Below, piece by piece: positions 1 to 8,941 of a stretch of 64,000 bases of DNA. The stretch is taken from assembly GCA_964624405.1 (NCBI GenBank), contig CAZUXA010000008.1, positions 25,078 through 89,077 on the forward strand, in the 5' to 3' direction. A model generated the notes under the pieces. That model had not been told where the DNA came from. It saw nothing but the letters and a program-made list of their open reading frames with translations, and searched no databases. Positions within the stretch are counted from its first letter, which is position 1; the number at the start of each line of letters is the position of its first letter. The stretch is from an uncultured bacterium (GTDB lineage: Bacteria > Fermentibacterota > Fermentibacteria > Fermentibacterales > JCC-6). Both the position numbers and the translations under genes were made by a program.

Positions 1-2724
1 CCACTTCTGTTCGGGGTATGGCTGCCCGGCCTCGGAGTCAGCCTCCGGCACTGTACCGCCCACCGGGAAAATCACCTTAACCACCGTTCCCCTGCCCGGT
101 GAGCTGTCAAACCTTATGCCTCCCCCGTGAGACCGGATAATGCCAAGCACCGCCACAAGGCCAAGGCCCCGGCCAGTGAACTTGGTGGAGAAGAAGGGTT
201 CGAACACCCGTGATCTGGACTCTTCATCCATGCCGCAGCCGTCGTCGGCCACTTCAAGAGTTACATACAGGCCCGGGGAAGCCGCTTCGATGAACTGGAA
301 ACCCTCGAAGGCGTCGGCCTCCACCCGCTCGGCGCCCACAGTGAGGGCAACGGTGCCGGGACGGTTTTCAAGGCTTTCCGAAGCGTTGATTATCAGGTTC
401 ATCACCACCTGCCGCAGTTGGGCGGGGTCACCGGTCACCAGCGGCAGAACCGGGCTGCTTTCCAGCTGAAATCGGGCTTTCTTGGAGATGGCGGTTTTCA
501 GAAGGTGAACCATTTCCCGAACAAGGCTGCCAAGGTCGACGCTCTCCCTGACGAAAGTGGCCCGGCCGGAGTATGAAAGCATCTGGCGGCAAAGCTCTGA
601 AGCCCTTTGAGCCGCCACCTCGATGTCCGCCAGGTTCTCACGAACCCGGGAACCCGAAGAAAGGGAGGATAAGGCCAGCTGGGCGTTCCCAAGGATCACC
701 ATCAGTATGTTGTTGAAGTCGTGGGCGATTCCTCCGGCCAGAACCCCCAGGCTCTCCAGCTTCTGGGTCTGATGAACCTGCCTCTCCAGCTTCCGTTTCT
801 CCCGCTCCGCGGCCTTGCGCTCCGATATGTCACGCACGGTGACAATGAAACGGGGCTTTCCTGCGATCTCGGCGAATCGGGCGTTCACTTCGACCCAGAA
901 GGTTTCTCCCGCCTTGTTTCTGGCTTGCCACTCGAACACCTGGGGGCCCTCCAGCCTTGCTTTTTCCAGGTGCTTCACCGCGTGTTCCATGTCGTATGGG
1001 GGTTCACAGGAACTCATGCCCGCAATGCGCCTCTGAACAACCTCTTCCCGGGTGTACCCGTACATCCGGGTTACAGTGTCGTTCAGGTCGATGATCTCCA
1101 TGGTATCCGCGTCGTCAACGAAAACCCCGTCGTTGATGGATTGGAACACCGCCTTCTGGTATTCCTCGCTCTCCCTCAGGGCTTCCGCCGCCCGCCTGGT
1201 TTCGGTTATGTCCAGCGCGGTGAATGTGAGATGCCCGGAAGGGTCATCGGGGTCCAGCGGGGTGGAGCTGAGAAGAACATCCATCACATCGCCGTTCCTC
1301 CTTGTGAACCGGGTTTCAGTGGTTTCCGCCCGGTTGAAGAGTTCTTCGGCGGAGTTCAGACACCGGGCGCTGTTTCCAACCAGTTCTTCCCGGGAGTAGC
1401 CGGTCATGTCGCACAGTTTGGGGTTCACATCCTGAAAAATGCCGTCCCTCACGATACCAATCCCGATGGGCGTCGAGAGAAAGATGCTTCTGAGGTGTTT
1501 TTCGCTTCTCTTCAGCTCCTCCTCCACCATCCTGCGGCGGGTGATGTCTATGTTGAATTCCGCCACCAGTGGTCTGCCCAGGGAATCCTTGATGGGAATG
1601 GTGTGAACCTCGACCTGGCGGTTGCCGTCCAGCAGAAGGGTATGCTCGGCGATCCGGGTTTCACCGGTTTGGAGAGCCTGGGGAATGGCGCAGCTCTCGC
1701 AGGGGGTGTCGCGATCCATGAAATAGCTGTAACACCGCCTTCCCTCAGGGTCGCCAAGAATACGCATCCAGCCCGGATCCACATGGACCAGGTTGAAGTC
1801 CCCGTCAATGATGTCCAACCGGGTGTTGGTTATCTCCATTACTGTCTGAAGACTTGCGTGGGCTTCCATCAGATCGGTGTGCGCCTTCCTCCTGTCGGTG
1901 ACATCCAGCAATGTCACCAGAACCATGCGCTCACCACTGATACCGAGTGGGGTGGTGGACAGCAGCAGCGTCAGTTCAGTTTCGGCGCCCTGATACCGGA
2001 AGGGCAGTTTTATCTCAACCTGCCGATGGGCTTTGCCGGTGGTCAGAGTGTCGAGCAGGGTACTGCTGACCGGACACTCCGGGCAGAAAGGCCCGTTGCC
2101 GCATCCCCGGGGATCGTCAGTGGATCTCAGGCACCCGATGGCTTCGCCCACGGGCAGACCGGTCATCTCCGACGCGGATCTTCCGGCGAAATCACAGGCA
2201 CACCCGTTGACCTGGAAAACAGATCCATTCCGGTCCACAATGAGCATCAGGGCAGGAGCGTTCTGAAATACGGCGGCCAGCAGGGTTTCCGTTTCCCGGT
2301 GTCTTTCACGGTTCCTGCATCTCTCCACCGCGAAGGCAAGATCGGAGGCGAGGCCTGCAATAACCTCACCCACACCGGGAGCCGCTTCGACGCACTTCAC
2401 GAAAAGCCCGCCCAGCACCACACCCCGGGCTTCCAGCCGGCAACCCATCCAACCCCCGCCGAAGACCACGCCCGGTTCTTCCAGTGCCCTGGCGGCATGG
2501 TCCGGGTAGTCACCCTTCTGAAGCTTTCTGAGAAGCCGCCGGTTCATGGGATGAACCGAAGCGATTCCGGATTCGCCGTTTTCGCCGATGAGAAACGAGA
2601 ATGCCGATTCAAACCCTCTGTTCCCAATCAGAGCGGCGCAGCATTCCTCAAGCATCCCAAGGGTATCGGCACTCCGCAGAAACGATTTCTCAGCCGCTAC
2701 CGCCGCCTCGAGAACCCGCTCCAT
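1..2724 (-). CDS. PAS/GAF-domain sensor (hybrid) histidine kinase, 3-prime-partial (runs off the window start); ATG at 2724
   Basis: Reverse-strand translation is open from 2724 to position 1. It gives an N-terminal GAF-like region, several PAS blocks, the HisKA H-box LAGGIAHDFNNIL (near 700-760) and the HATPase_c motifs (DDGCGM, GxGLGL). The 721..2886 + ORF is its antisense shadow. Confidence 0.8.
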   Translation of the reverse strand, partial: MERVLEAAVAAEKSFLRSADTLGMLEECCAALIGNRGFESAFSFLIGENGESGIASVHPMNRRLLRKLQKGDYPDHAARALEEPGVVFGGGWMGCRLEARGVVLGGLFVKCVEAAPGVGEVIAGLASDLAFAVERCRNRERHRETETLLAAVFQNAPALMLIVDRNGSVFQVNGCACDFAGRSASEMTGLPVGEAIGCLRSTDDPRGCGNGPFCPECPVSSTLLDTLTTGKAHRQVEIKLPFRYQGAETELTLLLSTTPLGISGERMVLVTLLDVTDRRKAHTDLMEAHASLQTVMEITNTRLDIIDGDFNLVHVDPGWMRILGDPEGRRCYSYFMDRDTPCESCAIPQALQTGETRIAEHTLLLDGNRQVEVHTIPIKDSLGRPLVAEFNIDITRRRMVEEELKRSEKHLRSIFLSTPIGIGIVRDGIFQDVNPKLCDMTGYSREELVGNSARCLNSAEELFNRAETTETRFTRRNGDVMDVLLSSTPLDPDDPSGHLTFTALDITETRRAAEALRESEEYQKAVFQSINDGVFVDDADTMEIIDLNDTVTRMYGYTREEVVQRRIAGMSSCEPPYDMEHAVKHLEKARLEGPQVFEWQARNKAGETFWVEVNARFAEIAGKPRFIVTVRDISERKAAEREKRKLERQVHQTQKLESLGVLAGGIAHDFNNILMVILGNAQLALSSLSSGSRVRENLADIEVAAQRASELCRQMLSYSGRATFVRESVDLGSLVREMVHLLKTAISKKARFQLESSPVLPLVTGDPAQLRQVVMNLIINASESLENRPGTVALTVGAERVEADAFEGFQFIEAASPGLYVTLEVADDGCGMDEESRSRVFEPFFSTKFTGRGLGLVAVLGIIRSHGGGIRFDSSPGRGTVVKVIFPVGGTVPEADSEAGQPYPEQKW

Positions 2725-2797
2725 GGCGCGACCTTTCCTAATGTAAAAGACGCAGGTACAAAGTTACAGCATTATATAGGAATGAAAGCCGGTGAAG

Positions 2798-5221
2798 TCA
2801 TCCCGGAGGCTGGTCTTCGCCGGCCGCCTCAACAGCAACCGACCACTGACCGGATTCACGCCAATGAATGCTTTCGGCCCGGGTGACCGCGATGAGGTCG
2901 GTCTCGAAGGGCTTCAGGGCCATGATGTCATCCGCCGGGGCGGACACCGTGACTGCGCCCAGGGGGCTGGCCATTGACAGGTTGTTCACGCTTTTGCTGC
3001 GGCGGGCTTCCTCGATGATCTTCAGGGCCATCTCACCGTACTTGAGGGCGTTTTGGTCCGGAGTTCCGGGCTCGGGCCAGGGGGCGACATGAATGCTGGG
3101 GTGCTTCTCCCGTTCCCGGAACACAAGGTTGTAAAGTTCTTCGGTAATGTGGACCATTACCGGGGCGAAAAGCCTCAGAACACCATACAACACCGTGTAC
3201 AGGGCATATCGGGCCGCTGCTCCCGCTTCGTTGTCGTCGCCGTAAAGCCTGGATTTGACTATTTCGAGGTAATTGTCGCACAGGGCTTTCCAGAAAAAGC
3301 TCTCGGCTTCGGAGGTGCAGACCGAGTATTCGAACTCCTCCATCCCGGAGGTTGCTTTTCTGGCGGTTTCGCTGAACCTCGCCAGAATCCAGCGGTCAAA
3401 GGGATGCAGGGCAGGCGGGGCTTCCGGCACGAAATTCTCGAGGTGCCCCGCGGCAAACCTGGCGGCGTTCCAAAGCTTTGTCACCAGGCGCCTCCCCTCG
3501 CCAAGTACGTCCTGGCTGAACACCACATCTGTACCCAGACGGCTGGAGCACGCCCAGTAGCGAAGCTCGTCGGCGCTGTACACCTCCAGGGCCGCCAGGG
3601 GGTCGCCGGCCACATTCCCCTTGCTCTTGGACATCTTCTCCCGGCTGGGGTTCAGGGCGTGCCCGGATATCATCACGGTGTTCCAGGGAATATCGTCATG
3701 ATGAAGGTGGGCCTTCACTATGGTGTAAAACGCCCAGGTGCGTATGATGTCGTGGGCCTGGGGTCTGAGGCTCATGGGAAGTGTTATGTCTCTCTGGTCT
3801 TCCTCGCCCCATTTCCGGTTGATCTGTGGGGTGAGGCTGCTGGTGGCCCAGGTGTCCATCACATCGGTTTCCGGCAGGAAGCTGGTGCAGCCGCACGCGG
3901 GGCAGGGCTCTTCCGGGGAATCCACCAGGGGGTCCACAGGAAGCTGACGCGGCGTGGCGAAAACCGGCGTCTCACACCCGGCGCAATACCATACCGGGAA
4001 AGGCACACCGTAATAGCGCTGCCGGGAGATGCACCAGTCCCACTTCAGATTCTCCACCCAGTGATCGTACCTTACCCGGAAGTGGGCGGGACGCCAGTTG
4101 ATGGAGGCGGCCCTGTCCAGAAGCTGTTCCTTGAGGTCGAGGATGCGGATGAACCACTGCATGTTCACCAGGTATTCCAGTGGGGTTCCGCAACGCTCGT
4201 GGACATTCACCGCGTGGGTTATCTCCCTGCCGCCCTTCTCGAAGCCCTGATCTCTGAGCCGTTCGACCAGAACCTTTCGCGCCTTCTTCCAGAACATGCC
4301 CTCGAGAAAGCCTGCGTTTTGGTTCATGTGGCCCTTTTTGTCCAGCACTATTCGAAGCTCGAGGTTGCAGTCCTGCCACCACTGAATGTCGGTGGTGTCG
4401 CCGAAGGTGCAGCACATGACGGCGCCGGAGCCCTTCTCCATGTTCACCCCGGTGTCGGTGCGGATTTCCACCAGATGATGGAACATGGGTACGATGGCCT
4501 TCTTTCCCGCCAGGTGACTCCATCGGCGGTCGTCGGGATGGACGAAGACCGCCACACAGGCCGGAAGCAGCTCGGGCCTGGTGGTGGCTATGGGAATGGT
4601 GCCTGACCCGTCCTCCAGAGGAAACTCAAGGTCGTGGAAAAAGCCGGGCAGCTCCCTGTCTTCCGTTTCCGCCTGGGCCACGGCGGTGGCGCACTCCGGG
4701 CACCACAGCGTGGGGGATTCTTTCCTGTACACCCTGTTCCTGCCTGCCAGGTCCAGAAACGAGCGCTGACTGAGCCTCTGAACCCAGGGGTCGATGGTTG
4801 TGTAAAGCAGGCTCCAGTCACAGGAGAAGCCGAAGCGGGTCCAGAGGTCGCGGAACTGCTTTTCGGCGTCGGCGGTAACCTCGAGACACAGGTTCACGAA
4901 CTCTCCCCGGGTCATCTCGGTGGCCTTGACCCCCTTGACCTGCTCGGTGAAACGCTCGCTGGGCAGGCCATTGTCGTCGAAGCAGAAAGGGTAGAAAACC
5001 GAGTCGCCCAACATTCTCCGATAGCGGGTCATCACCTCGGCCTGAACGTAGCTGAAAACATGGCCCATGTGAATCATGCCGCTCACCGTCGGGGGCGGTG
5101 TGTCCACGGAAAAAATTCTCCGGCCCCCGCCGGGGGTGTACCTGTATATGCCCGTGTCGGTCCAGTGTTTCTGAAGCCTGGGTTCGGCTTCCCGGGGGTC
5201 GTACCGCTTGGGTAGTGACAC
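2798..5221 (-). CDS. valS: valine--tRNA ligase (short ~807 aa form)
   Basis: Class I aaRS motifs are present: a HIGH-like PPPTVSGMIHMGH and KMSKS. The N-terminus LPKRYDPREAEPRLQKHW is ValRS-like. Confidence 0.75.
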   Translation of the reverse strand: MSLPKRYDPREAEPRLQKHWTDTGIYRYTPGGGRRIFSVDTPPPTVSGMIHMGHVFSYVQAEVMTRYRRMLGDSVFYPFCFDDNGLPSERFTEQVKGVKATEMTRGEFVNLCLEVTADAEKQFRDLWTRFGFSCDWSLLYTTIDPWVQRLSQRSFLDLAGRNRVYRKESPTLWCPECATAVAQAETEDRELPGFFHDLEFPLEDGSGTIPIATTRPELLPACVAVFVHPDDRRWSHLAGKKAIVPMFHHLVEIRTDTGVNMEKGSGAVMCCTFGDTTDIQWWQDCNLELRIVLDKKGHMNQNAGFLEGMFWKKARKVLVERLRDQGFEKGGREITHAVNVHERCGTPLEYLVNMQWFIRILDLKEQLLDRAASINWRPAHFRVRYDHWVENLKWDWCISRQRYYGVPFPVWYCAGCETPVFATPRQLPVDPLVDSPEEPCPACGCTSFLPETDVMDTWATSSLTPQINRKWGEEDQRDITLPMSLRPQAHDIIRTWAFYTIVKAHLHHDDIPWNTVMISGHALNPSREKMSKSKGNVAGDPLAALEVYSADELRYWACSSRLGTDVVFSQDVLGEGRRLVTKLWNAARFAAGHLENFVPEAPPALHPFDRWILARFSETARKATSGMEEFEYSVCTSEAESFFWKALCDNYLEIVKSRLYGDDNEAGAAARYALYTVLYGVLRLFAPVMVHITEELYNLVFREREKHPSIHVAPWPEPGTPDQNALKYGEMALKIIEEARRSKSVNNLSMASPLGAVTVSAPADDIMALKPFETDLIAVTRAESIHWRESGQWSVAVEAAGEDQPPG

Positions 5222-5234
5222 GGCGGGGTTCCTC

Positions 5235-6578
5235 CTATCCCTCGTAGCCCCTGCTCATGAGCCGGGTCATGACTTCCACCAAATTATCGATCTCCACCCT
5301 TATCTGGCCCAGGGAATCCCGGTCCCTGACGGTTACCTTTCCATCCTCAAGACTGTCGAAGTCAAAGGTGACGCAGAAGGGGGTTCCTATTTCGTCGTTT
5401 CTTCTGTAACGCTTGCCTATCGATCCGGTGACATCCAGCAGTACAGGCCAGTGGGGACGGAGCATCTCCTCCACCTTCACCGCCCCTTCAGTCAGCTTTC
5501 TGGACAGGGGAAGCACCGCCGCCTTTACCGGGGCAAGCTTCCTGTCAAGGGAGAGCACCACCCTTTCCCTGCCCTCCACCTCCTCGGTGCGGTACGCGTC
5601 AAGCAGAACCGCAAGGAAGGTTCTTCCCACACCGCCTGATGTCTCCACCACATGGGGAACGAATTTCTCGCCGCTTTGGGTGTCATGGAAGCGAAGATCC
5701 TTTCCGGACGCGGTCATGTGGGCTTTGAGGTCGAAATCCGCCCGGTTGGCGATTCCCTCAAGCTCGCCGAATCCGTCGCCCCCAGAGAAGGGGAACCTGT
5801 ACTCGATGTCGGTGCAGCCCGCGGCGTAGTGTGCCAGTTCACTTTTTTCGTGGGGTCTCAGCCTGAGGTTCCCGCTTCTTACGCCGAGCATGTCGGTGTA
5901 CCACTTCATCCGCTTTTCGATCCAGTATTCGTACCATTTCCCGGTTTCATCCGGGCGGCAGAAGAACTCCATCTCCATCTGCTCGAACTCGCGGCTGCGA
6001 AAGATGAAGTTCCGCACCGTTATCTCGTTCCTGAACGCCTTTCCTGTCTGGGCGACTCCGAAGGGCACGGTCTGCCTGGTGGAGGTGACGATGTTCTGGA
6101 AGTGGGTGAAGATGGACTGGCATGTCTCGGGACGCATGTAAACCACCGCAGTGTCATCTTCCAGAGGCCCCATGAAGGTTTTGAACATCAGGCCGAAATC
6201 CCTGGGCTCGGTAAGATCGCCGCCGCACTCGGGGCAGGACTCGCCCTGAATCTGGTCGGCCCGGAACCTTCCCCGGCACTTCCTGCAGTCCACCAGGGGA
6301 TCGTGGAAGTTCCTGAGATGTCCGGATGCCTCCCACACGCCGGGGTGGGTGATAATGGCGGAATCGAGCCCCACCACATCGTTTCTTGTGCGAACCATCT
6401 CGTTCCACCAAAGGTCTATGATGTTCCGCTTCAGCTCCACGCCCAGGGGACCGTAGTCCCACGCGGACTGCAGACCGCCGTAAATCTCCCCGGACTGGTA
6501 GACGAACCCAAGCCTCTTGCAGAGACTGATGATATCCCTCATGAAATCTCGGTTGGTTTCCGGCGTATCAGGTTGCAT
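5235..6578 (-). CDS. glyQS: glycine--tRNA ligase (alpha2 dimeric type)
   Basis: GLQSAWDYGPLGVELKRNI and the class II GlyRS core are present, and the length fits the GlyQS type. Confidence 0.85.
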   Translation of the reverse strand: MQPDTPETNRDFMRDIISLCKRLGFVYQSGEIYGGLQSAWDYGPLGVELKRNIIDLWWNEMVRTRNDVVGLDSAIITHPGVWEASGHLRNFHDPLVDCRKCRGRFRADQIQGESCPECGGDLTEPRDFGLMFKTFMGPLEDDTAVVYMRPETCQSIFTHFQNIVTSTRQTVPFGVAQTGKAFRNEITVRNFIFRSREFEQMEMEFFCRPDETGKWYEYWIEKRMKWYTDMLGVRSGNLRLRPHEKSELAHYAAGCTDIEYRFPFSGGDGFGELEGIANRADFDLKAHMTASGKDLRFHDTQSGEKFVPHVVETSGGVGRTFLAVLLDAYRTEEVEGRERVVLSLDRKLAPVKAAVLPLSRKLTEGAVKVEEMLRPHWPVLLDVTGSIGKRYRRNDEIGTPFCVTFDFDSLEDGKVTVRDRDSLGQIRVEIDNLVEVMTRLMSRGYEG

Positions 6579-7320
6579 CGAGCATGTCCTCCATGATTCG
6601 AAGGGCCTTCAGGGGAAGCCTCTTCTCAAGGTGTGTCTCTGTGTAATCCCTAAGAAGGTTCAGGCACTGCAGGTAGCCTCCGGGCCACAGCCTTACCTTC
6701 ACCAGTTTCTCCAGCGGCGTTCCGGCGGACCTGGCCAGAAAACCCATCAGCCCCGGCGCCACCGTTTCCTGACCGGGACCGCATTCAACGCATACCATAC
6801 CCCCGGCCCGGGGGTTCCACCTGGGATTGTCGGGCCGGGCCTTTCCGCACAGGGCGCAGACTTCCGCCTGCAAGCCGTGGCCGGAAAGGGCCAGAAGCCT
6901 CTGAATCCCCCCGCACAGTACAGGCATGGGGTAAGCCCCGGTTTCAAGCAGGCTGAACACCGTATCCAGCAGGTGATAAACCGGCTCGGAGGGCTCGTTC
7001 CCATGGCTGACCACCGACAGCAGCCACTCCGTGAACACCCCTGCGGCGGCAAAGGCCCTGGGGTTTTCCCGAAGCCCCTCCCTGTGCCTGAGCACCGTAA
7101 CATCCATGGCGGTGTCGATCTCGCGCCCCTCCCGGCGGGAGAGGGTAAATTCACCTTCCGAAAAGAGCTCGACCCGGCCCTGAAAACTTCCCCTGGGCCG
7201 GAGGGAGCCCTTTGCCATGACACTGGTTCGCCCAAGGTCGAGGGAGTAGAGGGTGATTATAAGCGATGATTCGCTCCAGCGTACCCTCCTGAGCACAAAC
7301 CCGGGGGTGGTGAGCCTCAA
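6568..7320 (-). CDS. recO: DNA repair protein RecO
   Basis: The N-terminal OB-fold region VLRRVRWSESSLIITLYS and a C4 zinc motif CALCG...CVEC are present, at about 250 aa. Confidence 0.8.
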   Translation of the reverse strand: MRLTTPGFVLRRVRWSESSLIITLYSLDLGRTSVMAKGSLRPRGSFQGRVELFSEGEFTLSRREGREIDTAMDVTVLRHREGLRENPRAFAAAGVFTEWLLSVVSHGNEPSEPVYHLLDTVFSLLETGAYPMPVLCGGIQRLLALSGHGLQAEVCALCGKARPDNPRWNPRAGGMVCVECGPGQETVAPGLMGFLARSAGTPLEKLVKVRLWPGGYLQCLNLLRDYTETHLEKRLPLKALRIMEDMLDAT

Positions 7321-8522
7321 TCGGCCCTTTCCAGGGGGGAGACCTTGATAAGAATAATCCGCTGTCCCCGCACCTTTTCCACGGTGAACAGATGGCCTTC
7401 CACTTCCACCGTCTCCCCCGGACGGGGAATGTGCCCGAGCCTCCGGTAGACCAGACCCGCAACGGTTTCGTAGTCGTCATCCTCTTCAAAGGATGTGTCG
7501 AGAAGATCGTTCAGATCGTCAACCGGAAGCCTTCCGTCCACCCGGAAAGCCCCCCGCCCCAGGGAAAAGGAGAGGGGGGACTCGGTATCGTACTCATCCC
7601 TTATCTCCCCGAACACCTCTTCCACAAGATCTTCAAGGGTGACGATTCCCGCGGTTCCCCCGTACTCGTCCACCACGATTGCCATGTGAATCCTGTGGGT
7701 TTGAAACTCACGGAACAGCTCATCTATCCGCTTGTACTCCGGTACGAAATAGGCTTCTCTAAGGATTTCTTTCATCTGGAAGGACTGCTTGTTCTCCGCC
7801 AGCACATCCAGCAGATCCTTTGTGTAAAGCAGGCCGGCGATGTCGTCAATCTTTTCGCGGTAGACCGGTATTCTGGAATGACCCGCCTTCCGGACCCTGG
7901 CCACCACATCCGCGAGATCGTCCGAAAGCGGTAGGCAGACCATGTCTATCCGGGGGACCATCACTTCCCTTACAATCCTGTCCGAAAAGTTCAGGACCGA
8001 GTCGACCATTTCCTGTTCCTTCTCGAGGTCGCCTGCGTCGCCTTTTTCCCGTCTCTGTTCCAGCCACATTATGTCCGGAGGAGTGAAGGCCCACTCTTCC
8101 GGCATGGCTTCCTCAGGTTTGATCCTTCCCAGAAACAGGCCGGCGGGAACCGTGAAAACAATTCTTGTGAGCAGCATGGGCAGTTTCAGCACCGGCGCCG
8201 CCGCGTCGGGATGATTATGGGCCAGCCAGGCCGGAAGAACCTCGCCGAGCAGGATGGACGCCGTCAGAAAGAGAACCCACTTAAGGGGAGAGAAGCCCTG
8301 GGAGCCGGCGCCGGCCAGCAGCGCGCACCCCGAACCCATGAGGGCATGCCCGACAACCCTGGCAAGCCAGAGCACCCTGAGCCTGGCCCCGGCCTCCCGG
8401 CGCCTTTGGGCCGGATCCCTGCCCTCTTGCTCAACGAGGGCCGGCAAAGCCGCCCGAGCCGCGGACGAAGTTGCGGTTACCAGAAAACCGGCAAGAAGAG
8501 CCCCCATCCCGAAAGGGTTCAC
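7317..8522 (-). CDS. CNNM/HlyC-CorC family transporter (DUF21-CBS pair-CorC_HlyC)
   Basis: An N-terminal membrane domain is followed by tandem CBS domains and a C-terminal CorC-like transporter-associated domain. It sits in the conserved phoH-ybeY-corC neighbourhood. Confidence 0.75.
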   Translation of the reverse strand: MNPFGMGALLAGFLVTATSSAARAALPALVEQEGRDPAQRRREAGARLRVLWLARVVGHALMGSGCALLAGAGSQGFSPLKWVLFLTASILLGEVLPAWLAHNHPDAAAPVLKLPMLLTRIVFTVPAGLFLGRIKPEEAMPEEWAFTPPDIMWLEQRREKGDAGDLEKEQEMVDSVLNFSDRIVREVMVPRIDMVCLPLSDDLADVVARVRKAGHSRIPVYREKIDDIAGLLYTKDLLDVLAENKQSFQMKEILREAYFVPEYKRIDELFREFQTHRIHMAIVVDEYGGTAGIVTLEDLVEEVFGEIRDEYDTESPLSFSLGRGAFRVDGRLPVDDLNDLLDTSFEEDDDYETVAGLVYRRLGHIPRPGETVEVEGHLFTVEKVRGQRIILIKVSPLERAD

Positions 8523-8941
8523 TTCATGACCCCGGCCAGGAACCCGGCGGTAAGGCCCTCCATCAGTTCAGCCTTCTTCGGTGTGTGGTGGCTGTAACCC
8601 CGGAGATGAAGCCAGCCGTGTATGATCCGTTCCACAAGGTTTTCAAGGGGGGGCGCCAGGCGGCCATCCACGAAGATGGTTCCCTCCGGGGGGGCACCGT
8701 GATCCGAAAGATCGAAAGTAAGAACATCGGTGGGCCTGTCCAGCATTCGGAACCGCAGGTTCAGCATTCGCATCATGCCCGGATCGCAGACCACCACCTC
8801 GATACGGCCCTCCCCCTCCAATAGCGGCGCAAGCCTTGAATGCAGCCCCTGAAGCACAGGGGACGGATTCTCGAGAATGGTTTCTATGATCAGGTTGGAG
8901 GACCGGTCAGGAACCAACGGGATAGTCCTTGACTCTTTCAT
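8519..8941 (-). CDS. ybeY: rRNA maturation endoribonuclease YbeY
   Basis: The H-x-x-x-H-x5-H zinc motif IIHGWLHLRGYSH is present, at about 140 aa. Confidence 0.85.
   Translation of the reverse strand: MKESRTIPLVPDRSSNLIIETILENPSPVLQGLHSRLAPLLEGEGRIEVVVCDPGMMRMLNLRFRMLDRPTDVLTFDLSDHGAPPEGTIFVDGRLAPPLENLVERIIHGWLHLRGYSHHTPKKAELMEGLTAGFLAGVMK

Noticed and set aside
721-2886. 721-aa plus-strand ORF
   Set aside because: No recognisable motifs. It lies exactly antisense to the PAS histidine kinase, whose H-box and PAS blocks read cleanly on the minus strand, so it is a high-GC shadow ORF.
3053-4606. 517-aa plus-strand ORF inside valS
   Set aside because: It is antisense to a well-supported ValRS gene, and its composition is Gly/Pro/Ala/His-rich with no motifs.
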